DNA of 63,972 nt, the filler included, from Dicyema japonicum (Eukaryota; Animalia; Dicyemida), in assembly GCA_011109175.1 (NCBI GenBank). It is 5 parts of 5 records of this genome, joined end to end, with 100 filler letters (N's around TTAATTAATTAA, not from the genome) between each part and the next. Parts side by side here need not be neighbours in the genome. Positions count along the whole stretch, not along the records: positions 1 to 29,641 come from RDEW01000151.1; 4 more parts are not named here. One strand, 5' to 3'. A program made the position numbers and the translations under genes. The notes under the pieces are model-generated. The model was not told the origin of the DNA and did no database searches. It saw only the letters and a list, made by a program, of their open reading frames with translations. Positions 10,072 through 24,214 of the stretch are shown in pieces. Numbering within the stretch: position 1 is the stretch's first letter; each line of letters starts with the position of its first letter.

Positions 10072-12510
10072 AAAAAACCGGGAACACGATTGCATTAACT
10101 AATCTGCATTTGGTCCTTAAGGAAATATCTTTGTTTTTCCAAATTCTATTCATTCTCTGGAAGGTGTCTCGTCCATGTGGCAATTCGCCTCTTGATTTCC
10201 AGGCCTCCGTCACCATTCCAATTAATTAGACATCACAGAAATGCAACATTATCGCAACTCTCTATTTTCTCATTCCCAATTTTTAGTTCCATTATTCCAT
10301 TATTAGCAGTAGTCATAATTTTGGTCTTTTTGATATTTAGCAATAAACCAAAGACGGCGCTCTCTTCTCTGAATCTTATAATCAACTCCCTGAGGCCATC
10401 CTCTGTTTCAGCCAGTAAGGTTGTATCGTCAGCACAGCGCAAATTGTTGATGTTCCTGCCTCCAATTTTAATCCCGTTATTTGATACAGTATCCAATTTA
10501 GTCATGATCATTTCGGCATAAATATTGAATAGGAGATAATAAGCATCCTTGTCTTATTCTTTACAAATTTTGAACCAATCGGTATTCCATACACTGTTCT
10601 AACAGTAGCTTCTTGATCCTTATAAAGAGATTTGATAAGCAATATCAGATGGGCATCGAATCCAAATTCTTTTAAAGCGGACCACAGCTTGTCATGTATA
10701 ACGGAATCAAAAGCTTTCCGATAGTCAATGAAGCACATGTATACACTCTTTTGGTATTCATGAGCTTTCTCCATAATCCACCGGATATTTACTATATGGT
10801 TACTTGTGCCTCGTCCCTTCCTGAATCCTGTTTGGATATCCGGTAGAAGATTTCGGCATATGGCATTAGAAGATGTTGTATTATCTTTAGAACTATTTTT
10901 TTGACGTGGGGAATTAAGGCTATTGTACGATAGTTTGAACAGTCCTTGCTATCTCCTTTTTTCGGTATTGGAATTAATTTAGATCTTTTCCACTCACGTA
11001 GCCAAATACCATTTCCCAAATTTTTTGACATAGACTGATGATAGCTGTCACCGGTATAGCCTTCAACAATTCGCTTGAGATGTTGTCAATCCCCAGTGCC
11101 TTGTTCCCCGTTAATTGCCATGTAGCCTACACGCATTCCTCCTAAAGGATTTTATGCCCCTCACTCAAGTTGCTTCATCAACATATATGGGTGGCACACA
11201 GTTTCTGAATATAGCTCCAACGAATTCGTATGTTCTGTTATATATTCTCTCCAACGAATTCGTATGTTCTGTTGGCCTAGCAATTCAACACCATCCTTGA
11301 TTTTGCCCATCATTGTCGTATTGCAGTGTATCCTCCAGTAGTCTTTTTTATCCTTCCTGGCTGCCTTTTTGAATTCAGAGTTAAGTTTTCTTATCTCGTC
11401 TATATTCCCAAAGACTTTAGCAGCTTTACGAGCCTCAGCAATGTTTAGGGGTTGCCAGAGACCCACTCAGAGCACTTGGCCAGCGTTTTGTATTTGACAT
11501 GTTTTATTGCAGCGTTCCTGATTACCAACTGCATGTCATTCCATAATTCATCAGGCATCCTTCCGTTCAAATCCAGTAATCCAATATTGTGCTTAACTTC
11601 CAGACATCGATTTCTTTACTCGGGGGGTATTCAAGTGTTACTGAATTTCGTCCTAATTTTTGCAACAAGTTGCTGATGGTCAGTTCCACAGTCTGCCCCT
11701 GGATATGTTTTGACGGCTGTTATAGAGCTTTTCCAACGTTTGGCGCACAAAATATAATCAATCTGGTTCCTAGACATTCCATTTGGCGACGTCCAAGTGT
11801 ATTATCGTCGTTTGTGCTGTTTGAACCATGTGTTAGTTATCTGAAATCCATTTTCCTGACAGAATTGGACCAGTCGATCCCCAGCATCATTTCTTTTCCC
11901 CAACAATACTTCTGACAATATCAAAACATATCCAGATACACCCAACTTTTGAATTGAAATCCCCATTATGTAGGTTATGTCCTTTTTGGGTATTAGTTTT
12001 AGTGCCTCTTGAAATTCATAATAAAATTGGTCAATTCGTCATCCTTGCAATAGATGTTGGGGCATACACTTGCATGACCGTAATATTCAATGGTCGTCCA
12101 CGGACGTGGATTAGTATTATCCGATCATTAAATATTCTATGACTTTCAATAGCACGTGCAATGTTCTTTGAAGCAATGAAGGCCACTCCGTTTCTCTTCG
12201 CATTAATGTTACCAGAATAATATATGACGAAATCATCAGAACGAAAAAAACCACTGTCAATCCAATGAAGTTCGCTTACTCCAAGCAGGTCATATCAAGC
12301 CTTCTCATTTCTCTTTTTACGACTTCTAGTTTCCCTTCGTTTAAGCCTCTTACGTTCCATGTTGCGAAATTGTGAGACTCTGTGTGACGAAGATCGAGAT
12401 TTGATGTTTTGCAGCAACGTTGCTTCCAATTAGATCGTAGGGGAGTTTGCTCATAAAATTTTCTTGGTATTTAAATACAGGGTAGGTTGCCAGGTCCCAT
12501 CAACAGCTCT
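10072..12510 (-). mobile_element. RTE (BovB-like) LINE, degenerate, 3' end lost at a scaffold join
   Basis: ATWNVRGL, GVSELHW, QVYAPT, GDFNSKVG, NYRTIALIPH, CFIDYRKAFDSV, NNLRCADDTTLLA and RLVNAIVFPV. Confidence 0.9.
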
Positions 12511-12902
12511 TATATTGGAATAAGTTTCAGAGAATTGGAATAACTTCTCAGATTAATCCACTTAAATTTGAATTTTCTTATTCTTAGGGAAATTGTTTCG
12601 TATTAACCATATCTCCAAAATTTTTGTATCATAATTGACTGAATATATGACCCCCACATCAAGAGAAATGGTATAATTGTTACTTTAGCATTGTTATTTC
12701 CATTATTGTAATTTCAATTTCAACAAAAATGTGATATATTAACTTTTTAAATATAATAAATCACTCCTCATAATCATTTTTTTTCTCAAAACTTAAACTC
12801 ATTTTTAACATACTTAGGATTCAATAGAATGTCAGCCAAGTTGTTATCTTAGCATTCAATATAATGTCTGATTTATCTGATAAACTAATAACGGCAGACG
12901 TT

Positions 12903-13125
12903 TTAACCGAGATCGACTGGAAAACGAACCGTCCACTTCCATCTTTTAAAATCTTCAGCTGTGCTGCATAATGACGAGCAAATTCGATTAGATAAGGTGT
13001 CTATGCACGTTGAATCTATGGTCGTTGCGCCATCACCCCTGTTAAGACCGACGGGTTCCAGAAGGCAAGCAAAGCCTGCTTCTTCGATAGCCCTCATGCC
13101 TGTCAAGTTTAACGTTTATATATTT
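12903..13125 (-). mobile_element. CRE-clade RLE fragment
   Basis: LLEPVGLNRGDG...DSTCIDT. Confidence 0.75.
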
Positions 13126-13264
13126 ATCATTTGCGGGTATTATTAAAGTGACTTATAATTAAAAACCAATCAATCCACATCACAAAATAGATCAGTCCAA
13201 TCTTAAACAAACAAATATTAGTAATAAGAGGTAAAATTAGTTAGTTTCTACTGCGATATATTAC

Positions 13265-14793
13265 TAAAGTGTCCTTAGGGGACTGAATCATGGACGAAAG
13301 GTCAANCATTCAACAAGAAGGGAGGGGAATACGCCCTATTGCTGTTGGCTTGGTTTTTCGTCGGTTGGCCTCAAAGCTTGTATGCAGAGAAATCCTGCCT
13401 ACGCTGATAACCCAGCTAAAACCAACCCAAATAGGGGTCGGCACACCCGGGGGTTGTAAAGAGCAGTTCATGTTATCCGAACATTTACCGAAAAGCACAA
13501 GAACATTCCGCATGTAATCGTCAAAATTGACATTAAAAATGTCTTCAACTCGATACGACGTGATACACTTCTAAAAAATTGCTTCAAATACTACCCATCA
13601 GTTTACAGCTATATTCATAGCTCGTACGGAAAACAATCCAGTCTAATAAACAGCCAATAATACATTCCATCGTATTCTGGAGTCTAACAAGGAGGCACAC
13701 AGGGTCCTGCCTTGTTCAGCATGGGAATTGCCCGTATCAGGGGATATTGTTATATTATTCTGAGAGCATGGTATCTGGATTATTGCACCATGGGCGGCTA
13801 TCCGAGGGATGTACTGGATTGTTTGAAAAGTCTGATAGTCCAAATGAAATCCCTATGCCCAACTATAAATACCTCAAAGTGTGAAGTTATCAATTTTGGA
13901 TTTCCCCAGCATGAATGGGACTCGATCCTTCCGATGTTCAGAGATATCATTCCGAAGGCCACAGAAACCAAAGCAAAACAACTTGAAATACTGGAATCAG
14001 TAACACTCTCAGAACAAAAGAACAACAACTAAAACAGCATTCAGACGCCTGGAGATGCTGGACGCACATACCTTCTTATTCTTTCTAAAAACTGAACTAC
14101 GTTCTTCGTGTAGGGGGAGAGTCACCCTGATACCTGAAAATGCAACACCTCGATGCTATCAATTTCTCTCTTCGGATCACTATTGAACGCATCACCAATG
14201 TGAAATTTGACGGCCGAGGGTGAAACCAAGCGACCCTACCCGTTAATCTGAGCGGACTGGGAATCCCATCATCTAATGATCAGGTCGGGACCCACCTTGA
14301 TGACGATACTGTCAGCATCGGCATCTCCACCAAACTTGGAATGGAGATTTGCCGGATTCAAATTCTAGTGTGGCGGCAGCGTCGACTGTTATAGACTCCA
14401 TGCCCTCTCTTGTCGGACAAGTGCAGGACGATTCCCAAGACACAAGGCGATCAACGGAATTGTCAAGCGATCCATGGAGTCTGCGTGTTACCCTGCCATA
14501 CTTAACCTGTTGGCCTGGACAGAGGAGACGGAAAACGTCCTGCCAGAATCACAATTTTCCCATTCGAAGAGGGGAAACTTTTGGTCTGGGATGCTACTTG
14601 TGTCGACCCTCTTTGCTCATCCAACATTGTCAGGAGCGCGATATACACACTGTATGCCGCGGAAAAAAAGATGAAGGAAAGGGAGAACAAATACGAAGCG
14701 CTACCCAATGCTGCTATATTTTATCATTTTGTAATCTTCCGCAGTGATTTCTGCAGAACCCGTGCCAATGATATAGAGAATAAATTCGCGTAG
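13265..14793 (+). mobile_element. CRE-clade non-LTR element (RT + RLE), degenerate
   Basis: GIRPIAVGLVFRRLASK, QIGVG, KIDIKNVFNS, WYLD, EPVGL.R, and LVWDATCVDP in a shifted frame. Confidence 0.85.
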
Positions 14794-14941
14794 GGAAGTT
14801 TTAGTGCACGTTGAATCCAAACAAAAACTTCCCTTGGCTCCGAGGCATGACCGTTACGCCAATAATCCTATGGGCCTATTTTCGGAAAGGCTTATTATCG
14901 GAAAAATTTGGCACGAATTTTTTGAATTAAATTTTATAAAT

Positions 14942-16430
14942 TGTTGGCGTCCATTTTAGGAACTCGCCAATGCCGGACCGTACTTCCTATTTTTAGAATA
15001 AATATATAATTTTACATAATACAATTTTATCTGAAAAATGGACTCAGGATAAGATTTTTTACGTCTGATTAAACAGAATTAAAGTTTATAACAATCGGTG
15101 TTCATGGTGTTGCTGATCTAAAATAAGCTGAACACAATAAGATTTTTTACGTCTGATTAAACAGAATTAAAGTTTATAACAATCGGTGTTCATGGTGTTG
15201 CTGATCTAAAATAGGCTGAACACAATTAAAGCTATTTTGGTATAGACAGGTTATATAGTATATTAAAGTAAAAATATACAATTTAACGAGAAAATAAAGT
15301 TCAAGAAGTAATAAATAAGTGCATCTTTTGTCAAGCCTAAAGAAAAATGTCGACTAAACTTCCAATTACGCCAATAATTGAAAAAAGACCTCGTGACAGA
15401 TACCTAGCCGATCTTATTGACTTGCGTAGGTATTCTCACATAAATAACGAATACTCTTGGGTATTAAAATTATTTATTTAAAAAGGTTCTGGTAGTAATC
15501 GATAATTTCCGAAATACGGAATGGTCGAGTTAGCAACAAATAAATCTGCAGATAAAATTTCTTCATTATTTGAAAGAATATTTTATAGTTGTGGTCCTCC
15601 TGTCTTCCTCCATACTGATAACGGGAAGGAATTTAAAAATTCAAAAATGAGAATCTATACAAAGAATTAAACATCAGGCATGTTTTTGGAAGAACACGGT
15701 GTCCATGGATACAAGAGCAGATTGAAAGGTATATTTTATTCTACTAAAAATATAGATTTAATAAAAGTATAAAACAGTGGATATCATCAACCTCAGCCAC
15801 AAATGGCGAATTTGGAAGATACGTCAATGTTATTAAAAAATTGTTTTTCAATACAAAATTACTATTCAAAAAAGCACGGGACAGATTTCATTTTATATTT
15901 TTTATGGGTTCAACATCCATTTTATATTTTTATTAATTCTACAAATTCCATTTTATAATCCTGAGTAATATGCGTGCATTGTTTATATGATGATAACAAC
16001 CTTACTTTGCACGCGAAAAAGGATACAAGAATCTACAGATTTGCGGAGAAAAGATGTTTAAAAGAAGACGGTGGAATTTGGGGTGATCAACGAAATTTCA
16101 GATGGAAAATAAAGTACGAAATGAAGACGAAGTACGAGGAACAAAGCCATTAAGAACAACTCAGGTATGTCTCTTATGTGGACAATCGATTTGTGGAGAA
16201 AAGATGTTTAAAAGAAGACGGTGGAATTTGGGGTGATCAACGAAATTTCAGATGGAAAATAAAGTACGAAATGAAGACGAAATACGAGGAACAAAGTCAT
16301 TAAGAACAACTCAGGTATGTCTCTTATGTGGACAATCGAATATCTGGAAATTTGAAATTAACTGCACGCCATGTGAATCATTCGTCCATTTGGGCTCCAT
16401 CAAGATGGGTTAAGCTTGCGCCGAGACGCT
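14942..16430 (+). mobile_element. Ginger/TDD-like (GIN/KRBA2-type) integrase transposon, degenerate, with two tiny introns
   Basis: Zn-finger remnant (CIFCQ), YLADLIDL, LVVIDNF, GPP..LHTDNGKEF and QIERFNKSIK. Introns at 15461-15485 (25 nt) and 15729-15755 (27 nt). C-terminal CxxC...CxxC. A TGT-starting candidate left end at 14942; no right end found. Confidence 0.8.
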
Positions 16431-16499
16431 GTCGAGTTAGCTGTTCCCCTCTTGTATTAGAAAGGAGGTCCCCAGGCGAAAAAAAATAATTCAGCCAAA

Positions 16500-17660
16500 C
16501 TTAACACTACCGCTTACTGACCACAGTCTCTTGAAGATCTCGAACCTCCGGAAAGCCAGGAATATCCCAGTGAAAATCCTTAAAGGAGTACCTATTGCCG
16601 CAGCATTGTGTTTTTCAGATGCCATTGATCACGCACTGTCCACTGAGAGTTGGGAATCCTGGCTAAAACTCATATGCTTCGCACCTGTCGCACTCGGAAT
16701 ACCTACAACTGAATCTGAAAAGAATTATAAAGAAACAAACTCCCGGCTCAACTTATCCGGGAAACTGAAAGGAAGCACAATGAATTTTAGCAGTCAAAAC
16801 ACACACTCAATACTTGAAAAGCCACTTAATGTCAATGAGGTCGAGACCAGAGGGGCATACACCAAAGAGTAAACCGGAAACTTCTGGAGGGCGATGTGCG
16901 TCAACCATACGGGTCATCACGTCCGATGACACAGTATTGTCTTGTACCGCCACTTAATGTCAATGAGATCGAGACCAGAGGGGCATACACCAAAGAGTAA
17001 ACCGGAAACTTCTGGAGGGCGATGTGCGTCAACCATACGGGTCATCACGTCCGATGACACAGTATTGTCTTGTACCCCCGAGCTCCTGGATGCCTTAATA
17101 TTTAGCACCCAGATGCACTGATTTACTATGGAAAGTTTTTGAATTTTGAAGAAACCACGGAGATAATATAACCGAATCCGAAGTGCGCTGCGGCAGGGTT
17201 ATGTCTATGCAATATTAAGGAGCGTCAACAGCAGCGGAGGCTTGGAAGGGTTATGTTTATGCCATATTAAGGAGCTTGCGTCCACTTAAACCTCGAAGCT
17301 GGACGCTGTCTTGTCAAATCAATTACGGACCTAATCAGAAAAATGGTTAACGGTGACATCCCAGAATATGACTAAGAATTGCTCTTCTCCACAGCGCTAC
17401 ATGCTTTCAAAAAACCAAATGGGGGAATCCGTCCCATTACGGTCGGAAACTATTTCAGATGACTTGCACAAAGGTAGCATCGACCCTGGTGAGCCGACAA
17501 CTTGGAAGGGAGTTCAATCCTAAACAGATGGGTGCTAGTATCCAGAACAGATGTGAGGCTGCGGATAATGCAGCAAGGCGTTTCTTCACACAGAGAAATA
17601 TTTCAATTAACTGCATTGGAATCAAGTTAGGCATAACGAATGTCTTCAATTCTCTCAGAA
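16500..17660 (+). mobile_element. CRE-clade element, 5' half and RT start
   Basis: W..WLKLICFAP, KPNGGIRPITVGN.FR.LAQ, PKQMG and ITNVFNSL. Confidence 0.75.
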
Positions 17661-17744
17661 GAAATACTTTTATTTATTCTATAGTTAATAAAATTCTAAT
17701 TTATGGTATTTTTCAAATTAGAAAAAATATCATTTTATAAACTT

Positions 17745-18376
17745 ATCTTCCAATGTTTGTTGTGAACGCCAAGTTTTGTATGCTTCTATTTTTCCTCGAG
17801 TCGTTGTTCGCATCGCTATATTATAGTATATTCTGTTGTCTCGGTGTTAATTTTTAGGAATGATTTTTCAAATGTTTTTGCCAATTTGTCGATAATACCT
17901 TCTAATTGGTAGTCTGCTGCCGTGAGATCTATGGCATCTGCGAAGATGACTTCCGTTATATGTCTGGGGATATTATTCCTGGCCTCTCGTAGGGTTTCCT
18001 TCAGATTTGTGATGAATAATACCGGGGATAGGGCTTCTCCTTGAGGGGTGCCCTTGTTTGTTCCGAATACTCTGGAATTCTGATTTCCGAGCTGGATAAA
18101 TAGTTGAGTGGAGGAGAGTAGACAACGAATTATTCTGATGCAATCTTCTTGAGTAGTGGTGTTAATATTTGTATCATCTTGACTACACTGATTGAGTCAA
18201 ATGCCTTAGATAGGTCTATTCCCATTATGGCGTACTCCTCTTTATATTTTTGGCATGAAGCACACATCCATTTGTGGCTCCAAACAGCATCGGAAGTTTA
18301 TTTTCCAGAGACAAACCCACTTTGGCTATCTTCGATAAATCAACGTAGTAGGGCTTTTATTCTGTCTAGAGCGATT
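17745..18376 (-). mobile_element. RTE RT fragment
   Basis: MGIDLSKAFDS, PQGEALSPVLF and FADAIDL; close match to 20700-21260 in inverted orientation. Confidence 0.85.
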
Positions 18377-19227
18377 NNNNNNNNNNNNNNNNNNNNNNNN
18401 NNNNNNNNNNNNNNNNNNNNNNNNNNNNNNNNNNNNNNNNNNNNNNNNNNNNNNNNNNNNNNNNNNNNNNNNNNNNNNNNNNNNNNNNNNNNNNNNNNNN
18501 NNNNNNNNNNNNNNNNNNNNNNNNNNNNNNNNNNNNNNNNNNNNNNNNNNNNNNNNNNNNNNNNNNNNNNNNNNNNNNNNNNNNNNNNNNNNNNNNNNNN
18601 NNNNNNNNNNNNNNNNNNNNNNNNNNNNNNNNNNNNNNNNNNNNNNNNNNNNNNNNNNNNNNNNNNNNNNNNNNNNNNNNNNNNNNNNNNNNNNNNNNNN
18701 NNNNNNNNNNNNNNNNNNNNNNNNNNNNNNNNNNNNNNNNNNNNNNNNNNNNNNNNNNNNNNNNNNNNNNNNNNNNNNNNNNNNNNNNNNNNNNNNNNNN
18801 NNNNNNNNNNNNNNNNNNNNNNNNNNNNNNNNNNNNNNNNNNNNNNNNNNNNNNNNNNNNNNNNNNNNNNNNNNNNNNNNNNNNNNNNNNNNNNNNNNNN
18901 NNNNNNNNNNNNNNNNNNNNNNNNNNNNNNNNNNNNNNNNNNNNNNNNNNNNNNNNNNNNNNNNNNNNNNNNNNNNNNNNNNNNNNNNNNNNNNNNNNNN
19001 NNNNNNNNNNNNNNNNNNNNNNNNNNNNNNNNNNNNNNNNNNNNNNNNNNNNNNNNNNNNNNNNNNNNNNNNNNNNNNNNNNNNNNNNNNNNNNNNNNNN
19101 NNNNNNNNNNNNNNNNNNNNNNNNNNNNNNNNNNNNNNNNNNNNNNNNNNNNNNNNNNNNNNNNNNNNNNNNNNNNNNNNNNNNNNNNNNNNNNNNNNNN
19201 NNNNNNNNNNNNTTTCGAAACTCTCTG

Positions 19228-21480
19228 TTGACGCTAGCATCCTTCAAAGTTCGAGGAGTAAAGTCGTCGGTCAAAAAAAGACTATTCTGCCAGGATATGT
19301 TACGGTACAATATTACTAAGAGACGAAACTCCAAGAAGCACTTAACGAACAAAATGCTGACCATGACCTTATCATTCTTCCTTCGGAATGTCATCAATAC
19401 GAAATGGGATTTGCGGTGGATACCAGACTCCGGGAATATATAAAAAGAATATTGAAAGTGAATGACAGAATTTGCGTAATTCAATTAGAAACTGGATCTA
19501 ACTCTACAATTACAATTATAAATGTATATGCTCATACATTTCCAAAACTCTCTAAAACCCAACGGAACTGAAATATTTTAACAGTTCAATATCCACAACC
19601 CTTATGGTAATATCCACGAGGTATGTACTTTACATAAGTGGAGATTGGAACGCGAAAGTCGGAAAATGTGCGGAGAACTGAGCTTCATGGGTACCCATAG
19701 GTGAGGTCTGAAAAACATGTCTGAAGCAACTATGGCAAACTTTGTGATTAATAAACAATTATTCATTTGCAACACAGCATTCCAGCACGCTGCAAGGCAT
19801 ATCAAGACCTGGAATGATGAACGCCGAGACTTAAATGGACATTTAATCAAAATATATAACCAAATTGACTGCATTCTGTGTCGACAATCACAGAAAACCC
19901 TATTTTTAGATTCCAGAACATATGGATATAACGCTAACATCGAGTGATCATAAACTATTGGTAATCAAATTTCTCCTAAAGAGAAGATTTTGGATTAACA
20001 GTGTCAAAAACAGACACAGAGAACTTAGATACGCATTCGAATTCTAAAGAAACATTCTTATCTGCGTAAATAGCTATGCAGATAATATATCACAAACTAT
20101 AGAATCGTTCAATCTCAATTTACCTGCTGGAAGTTTTTGGAATAAACTCGTTGACAAATAAAGAAAAAATCCCAGAATATCCACGAAACATTGCTACAGA
20201 ACTTTGCAAATGAAGTAGGATAGTACTAACACGTATATGCATCTGTAAAAATGCTATCCCGAAAAAAGTATTCTGCAAATCTAACAGTTCATGATGAACT
20301 AGGAAGAACCATTTACAACAACCAGGAACCTACAGACACCATAGCTAATCACTAAGAAAAATATTTCAATTTTTATAAGAAGAATCATTTATGCGTTTGA
20401 TGGACTCCCCAGAAAGCTATCACCAATTAAAACCTTAACAGAATTTTAAAAACTGTGATTTGACTAAACAACTCAACAGCCCCAGGCCTAGTTATGTTAA
20501 TGCAGAGCTCATAAAATACGCTCATGAAGATTTTCTATACTCATTACTTACATTACGAACAAAACATTTGAGGAATACTCCAGAATAAAATTGGAATTAG
20601 AAAATTAATCCCTTTACATAAAACTGAAAAGGAAATAAAATAGCTAAACAGCTTAAGACCAATCAAACATGACTGAGCAAAATTCTATCGTAATCGCTCT
20701 AGACAGAATAAAAGCCCCACTACGTTGATTTATCGAAGGTAGCCAAAGTGGGTTTGTCTTTGGAAGATCAACTTCCGATGCCGTTTGGAGCCACAATAGA
20801 TATGTGCTTCATGCCAAAAATATAAAAATGAGTACTATATAATGGGAATCGACCTATCTAAAGCACTTGAGTCAATCAGCATAGTCAAGATAATACAATT
20901 ATTAACACCACTAATCAAGGAAGATTGCATCAGAATAATTCGTTATCTATTCTCCTCCACTCAACTATTTTTCCAGCTCGGAAATCAGAATTCCAGAGTA
21001 TTCGGAACAAACAAGGGCATCCCTCAAGGAGAAGCCCTATCCCCGGTATTATTCATCACAAATCTGAAGGAAACCCTACGAGAGGCCAGGATTAATATCC
21101 CCAGACATATAACGGAAGTCATCTTCGCAGATGCCATAGATCTTACGGGAGCAGTCCACCAATTAGAAGGTATTATCTACAAATAGGCCAAAACATTTGA
21201 AAAAATTATCTCTTAAAATTAACACCGATAAACAGAATATACTATAATATAGCTATGCGAACAACGACTCGAGGAAAAAAATAGGCCAAAACATTTGAAA
21301 AAATTATCTCTAAAAATTAACACCGATAAACAGAATATAATATAATATAGCTATGCGAACAACGACTCGAGGAAAAATGGAACCATAGGAAGAAACTTGG
21401 CACTCTCTTAGGAGATACATAAGACATACTACGAAGAAAGTCATTAGCAACTTTTGCTCTTAAAAGAGTAACAACGTATG
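19228..21480 (+). mobile_element. RTE-clade LINE, degenerate (APE + RT)
   Basis: ASFKVRGV, INVYAHT, FQHAARHIKTW, NQIDCIL, MGIDLSKAL and PQGEALSP. Confidence 0.85.
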
Positions 21481-24214
21481 TCTACGCGGTGTACAAATTT
21501 CTTCTTCTTTCATAACTCATTTTCTAATTCAATCTAACTTCTAATACACCCTAATCCATTCTCTAATTAAACCTAATGAATTCCTTAATTTACCTTAAAA
21601 CATCTTCTAATTAGTTTGTGTGACCGTGGTCTCTGGTGTTATAGAGCGTAAGCCAGTCCTCTACAAAATCATTTCACCGCAAAACATAGATTTATGTAAA
21701 TAATCGAAATTGTCTAAAAGTCACAAATATCAAACGCAGGAAATTGGTGAGAGAACCAGACTGCTCGACAATGATTCTCACTCGAATTATGACAGTGTGA
21801 TTAAAATGAGAATTTTCAACCTATTTTCAGTCGTTCACAAAATATAAAATTAAGTTTTTTTAATCATAATCTAGTATTAATATCACTTTTATTCAAGCTA
21901 TTTAAAATGTAATTTATGCAACAGGCTTACCACAACGATTTTTATTAATCTTATCTATTGGATTTTGAACATACCTTTCAAATATACTCATACTCAGCAA
22001 TAAAAACACCATTCCTTTTTTCAGTTAACACATTAGTCTTTTGAGTAGCCTAATAACGCAAATTACAAAAGTATACAATCTCGATAAATAGAGCAATGAA
22101 CAATACGGTTCTTGTCTCAAGATGACATGCCTCCATCCAATTTCTGATTCTTTGCATACGACGTACACAATGATCCGTAAGGATTATCAAGGAAGACCAG
22201 CTGAAGGACTACTTACAATTTTAAATAACGTTATATCTTCATTGACGAAGTCGAGAAAAGATAAAGAATTTGGGTTCAGACGATACCATGATGCTAATCA
22301 AAATAAAAAACGAGCTGGTCCCGTTTTTTGATAAATTGATTAACTTAAACATTCCACCAAAAGGATCCTGCCCAACATTCACCAGCCCATATTTACACTT
22401 ATAATCGAAACCTTATAAAAAGATGTCATCCGAAGGACTTGAAATCTTTGAAATCCATCTGACTACTAAATTAATTATCGAAGACCTCCAGGATCAGAGA
22501 TGGCGTCACCTGGTCAATCGCCTGAACGAGAAAAGTTCATCTCGTCAATTTTAGAAAAATTATAAAACATATTGAATGGGAGTTTGAATATACAAATGGA
22601 ACTGGTAACCCTTCTCCAGAACACATTTGTTATATACACCTTAACCTACTTATGAANNNNNNNNNNNNNNNNNNNNNNNNNNNNNNNNNNNNNNNNNNNN
22701 NNNNNNNNNNNNNNNNNNNNNNNNNNNNNNNNNNNNNNNNNNNNNNNNNNNNNNNNNNNNNNNNNNNNNNNNNNNNNNNNNNNNNNNNNNNNNNNNNNNN
22801 NNNNNNNNNNNNNNNNNNNNNNNNNNNNNNNNNNNNNNNNNNNNNNNNNNNNNNNNNNNNNNNNNNNNNNNNNNNNNNNNNNNNNNNNNNNNNNNNNNNN
22901 NNNNNNNNNNNNNNNNNNNNNNNNNNNNNNNNNNNNNNNNNNNNNNNNNNNNNNNNNNNNNNNNNNNNNNNNNNNNNNNNNACAAACAAGTTCTGATAGT
23001 GCCTAGGTGAGTTGCCCGTATTTTCGAGGTCGTTATTATGGCGTCTTTCTTACCAGAAGCATTTGTCCCAGCAATCAGGATGTCGTGCACTCGCATAAGG
23101 ATACGGTCATATTATTAGACTATCTTCGAGAATCAATTCGTTTTAGGGACGCCAAAAAGTACTTGATTATTGCCAAAATCGAACAATTAATAATTTGATT
23201 TTNGTCGTTATTATGGCGTCTTTCTTACCAGAAGCATTTGTCCCAGCAATCAGGATGTCGTGCACTCGCATAAGGATACGGTCATATATTAGACTATCTT
23301 CGAGAATCAGTTCGTTTTAGGGACGCCAAAAAGTACTTGATTATTGCCAAAATCGAACAATTAATAATTTGATTTTTAAATTAAACGCAATTTTTAAAAA
23401 AAATATATTTTATAAGATTTTTATTGATTTGACGCTATTTTTAACATTTTAGAAAGTATGTCCTTTAGAGTTCATAAAAAATGTAAAGTAACTCGTGTAG
23501 ACTATTTGTGAACCGTAAAATCGCTGGCTGTAAGAACTTTCTATTTTTTAGAACTTTTTATAACTATCTGACTTGATCGTTTGATTATTTTTAAATTCAT
23601 CACAATTTTCTGAAATATAAATGTTCTTAAAATCAGTCTTATTTTCCGATTGCAAATATTATGACTCAAATTCTAGAAGTATTAAAACCTGTTACTGTCT
23701 CATTCTCAAAAGACAAATAATAATTCTTTTGGAACAAAATACTTTAGATAAATATATGTCGATATCTACCCGATCTGTCAATATATATCCATTTATAGCA
23801 GATAAACCATGTTGAAAAAAATATGTGTGATGGACGTATTTATCTTTTATTGGGAGTTTTTCCAAAACACCAGAAAGCACAGGGTTATGAAAACCGTTTG
23901 ATAAGAAGAAGGCTGGTGAGTGATTTGTTTTTCTTAAAAATAGGGTGAATCAACTAGTACATATCGTTGAAGTGGAGTTGCTTAGTCAGTAATGAATAAA
24001 TAGCTCAATTGAGAACCGGGTCGTCTACAGGATCCAAAGGCAAAATTAGGTTAAGAATATTGGAAGGACTCTATTTGTACTGTAGAAATTGGATACACTT
24101 AAGATAAAATAATAGGTTAATTAATTCATAACATCACCTATTTAACTTTTGATTAAATTAAATATTTATTAGCTCTTTAATTGATTGAAGTTTATGTTTT
24201 GTTCCTCGTAAAGT

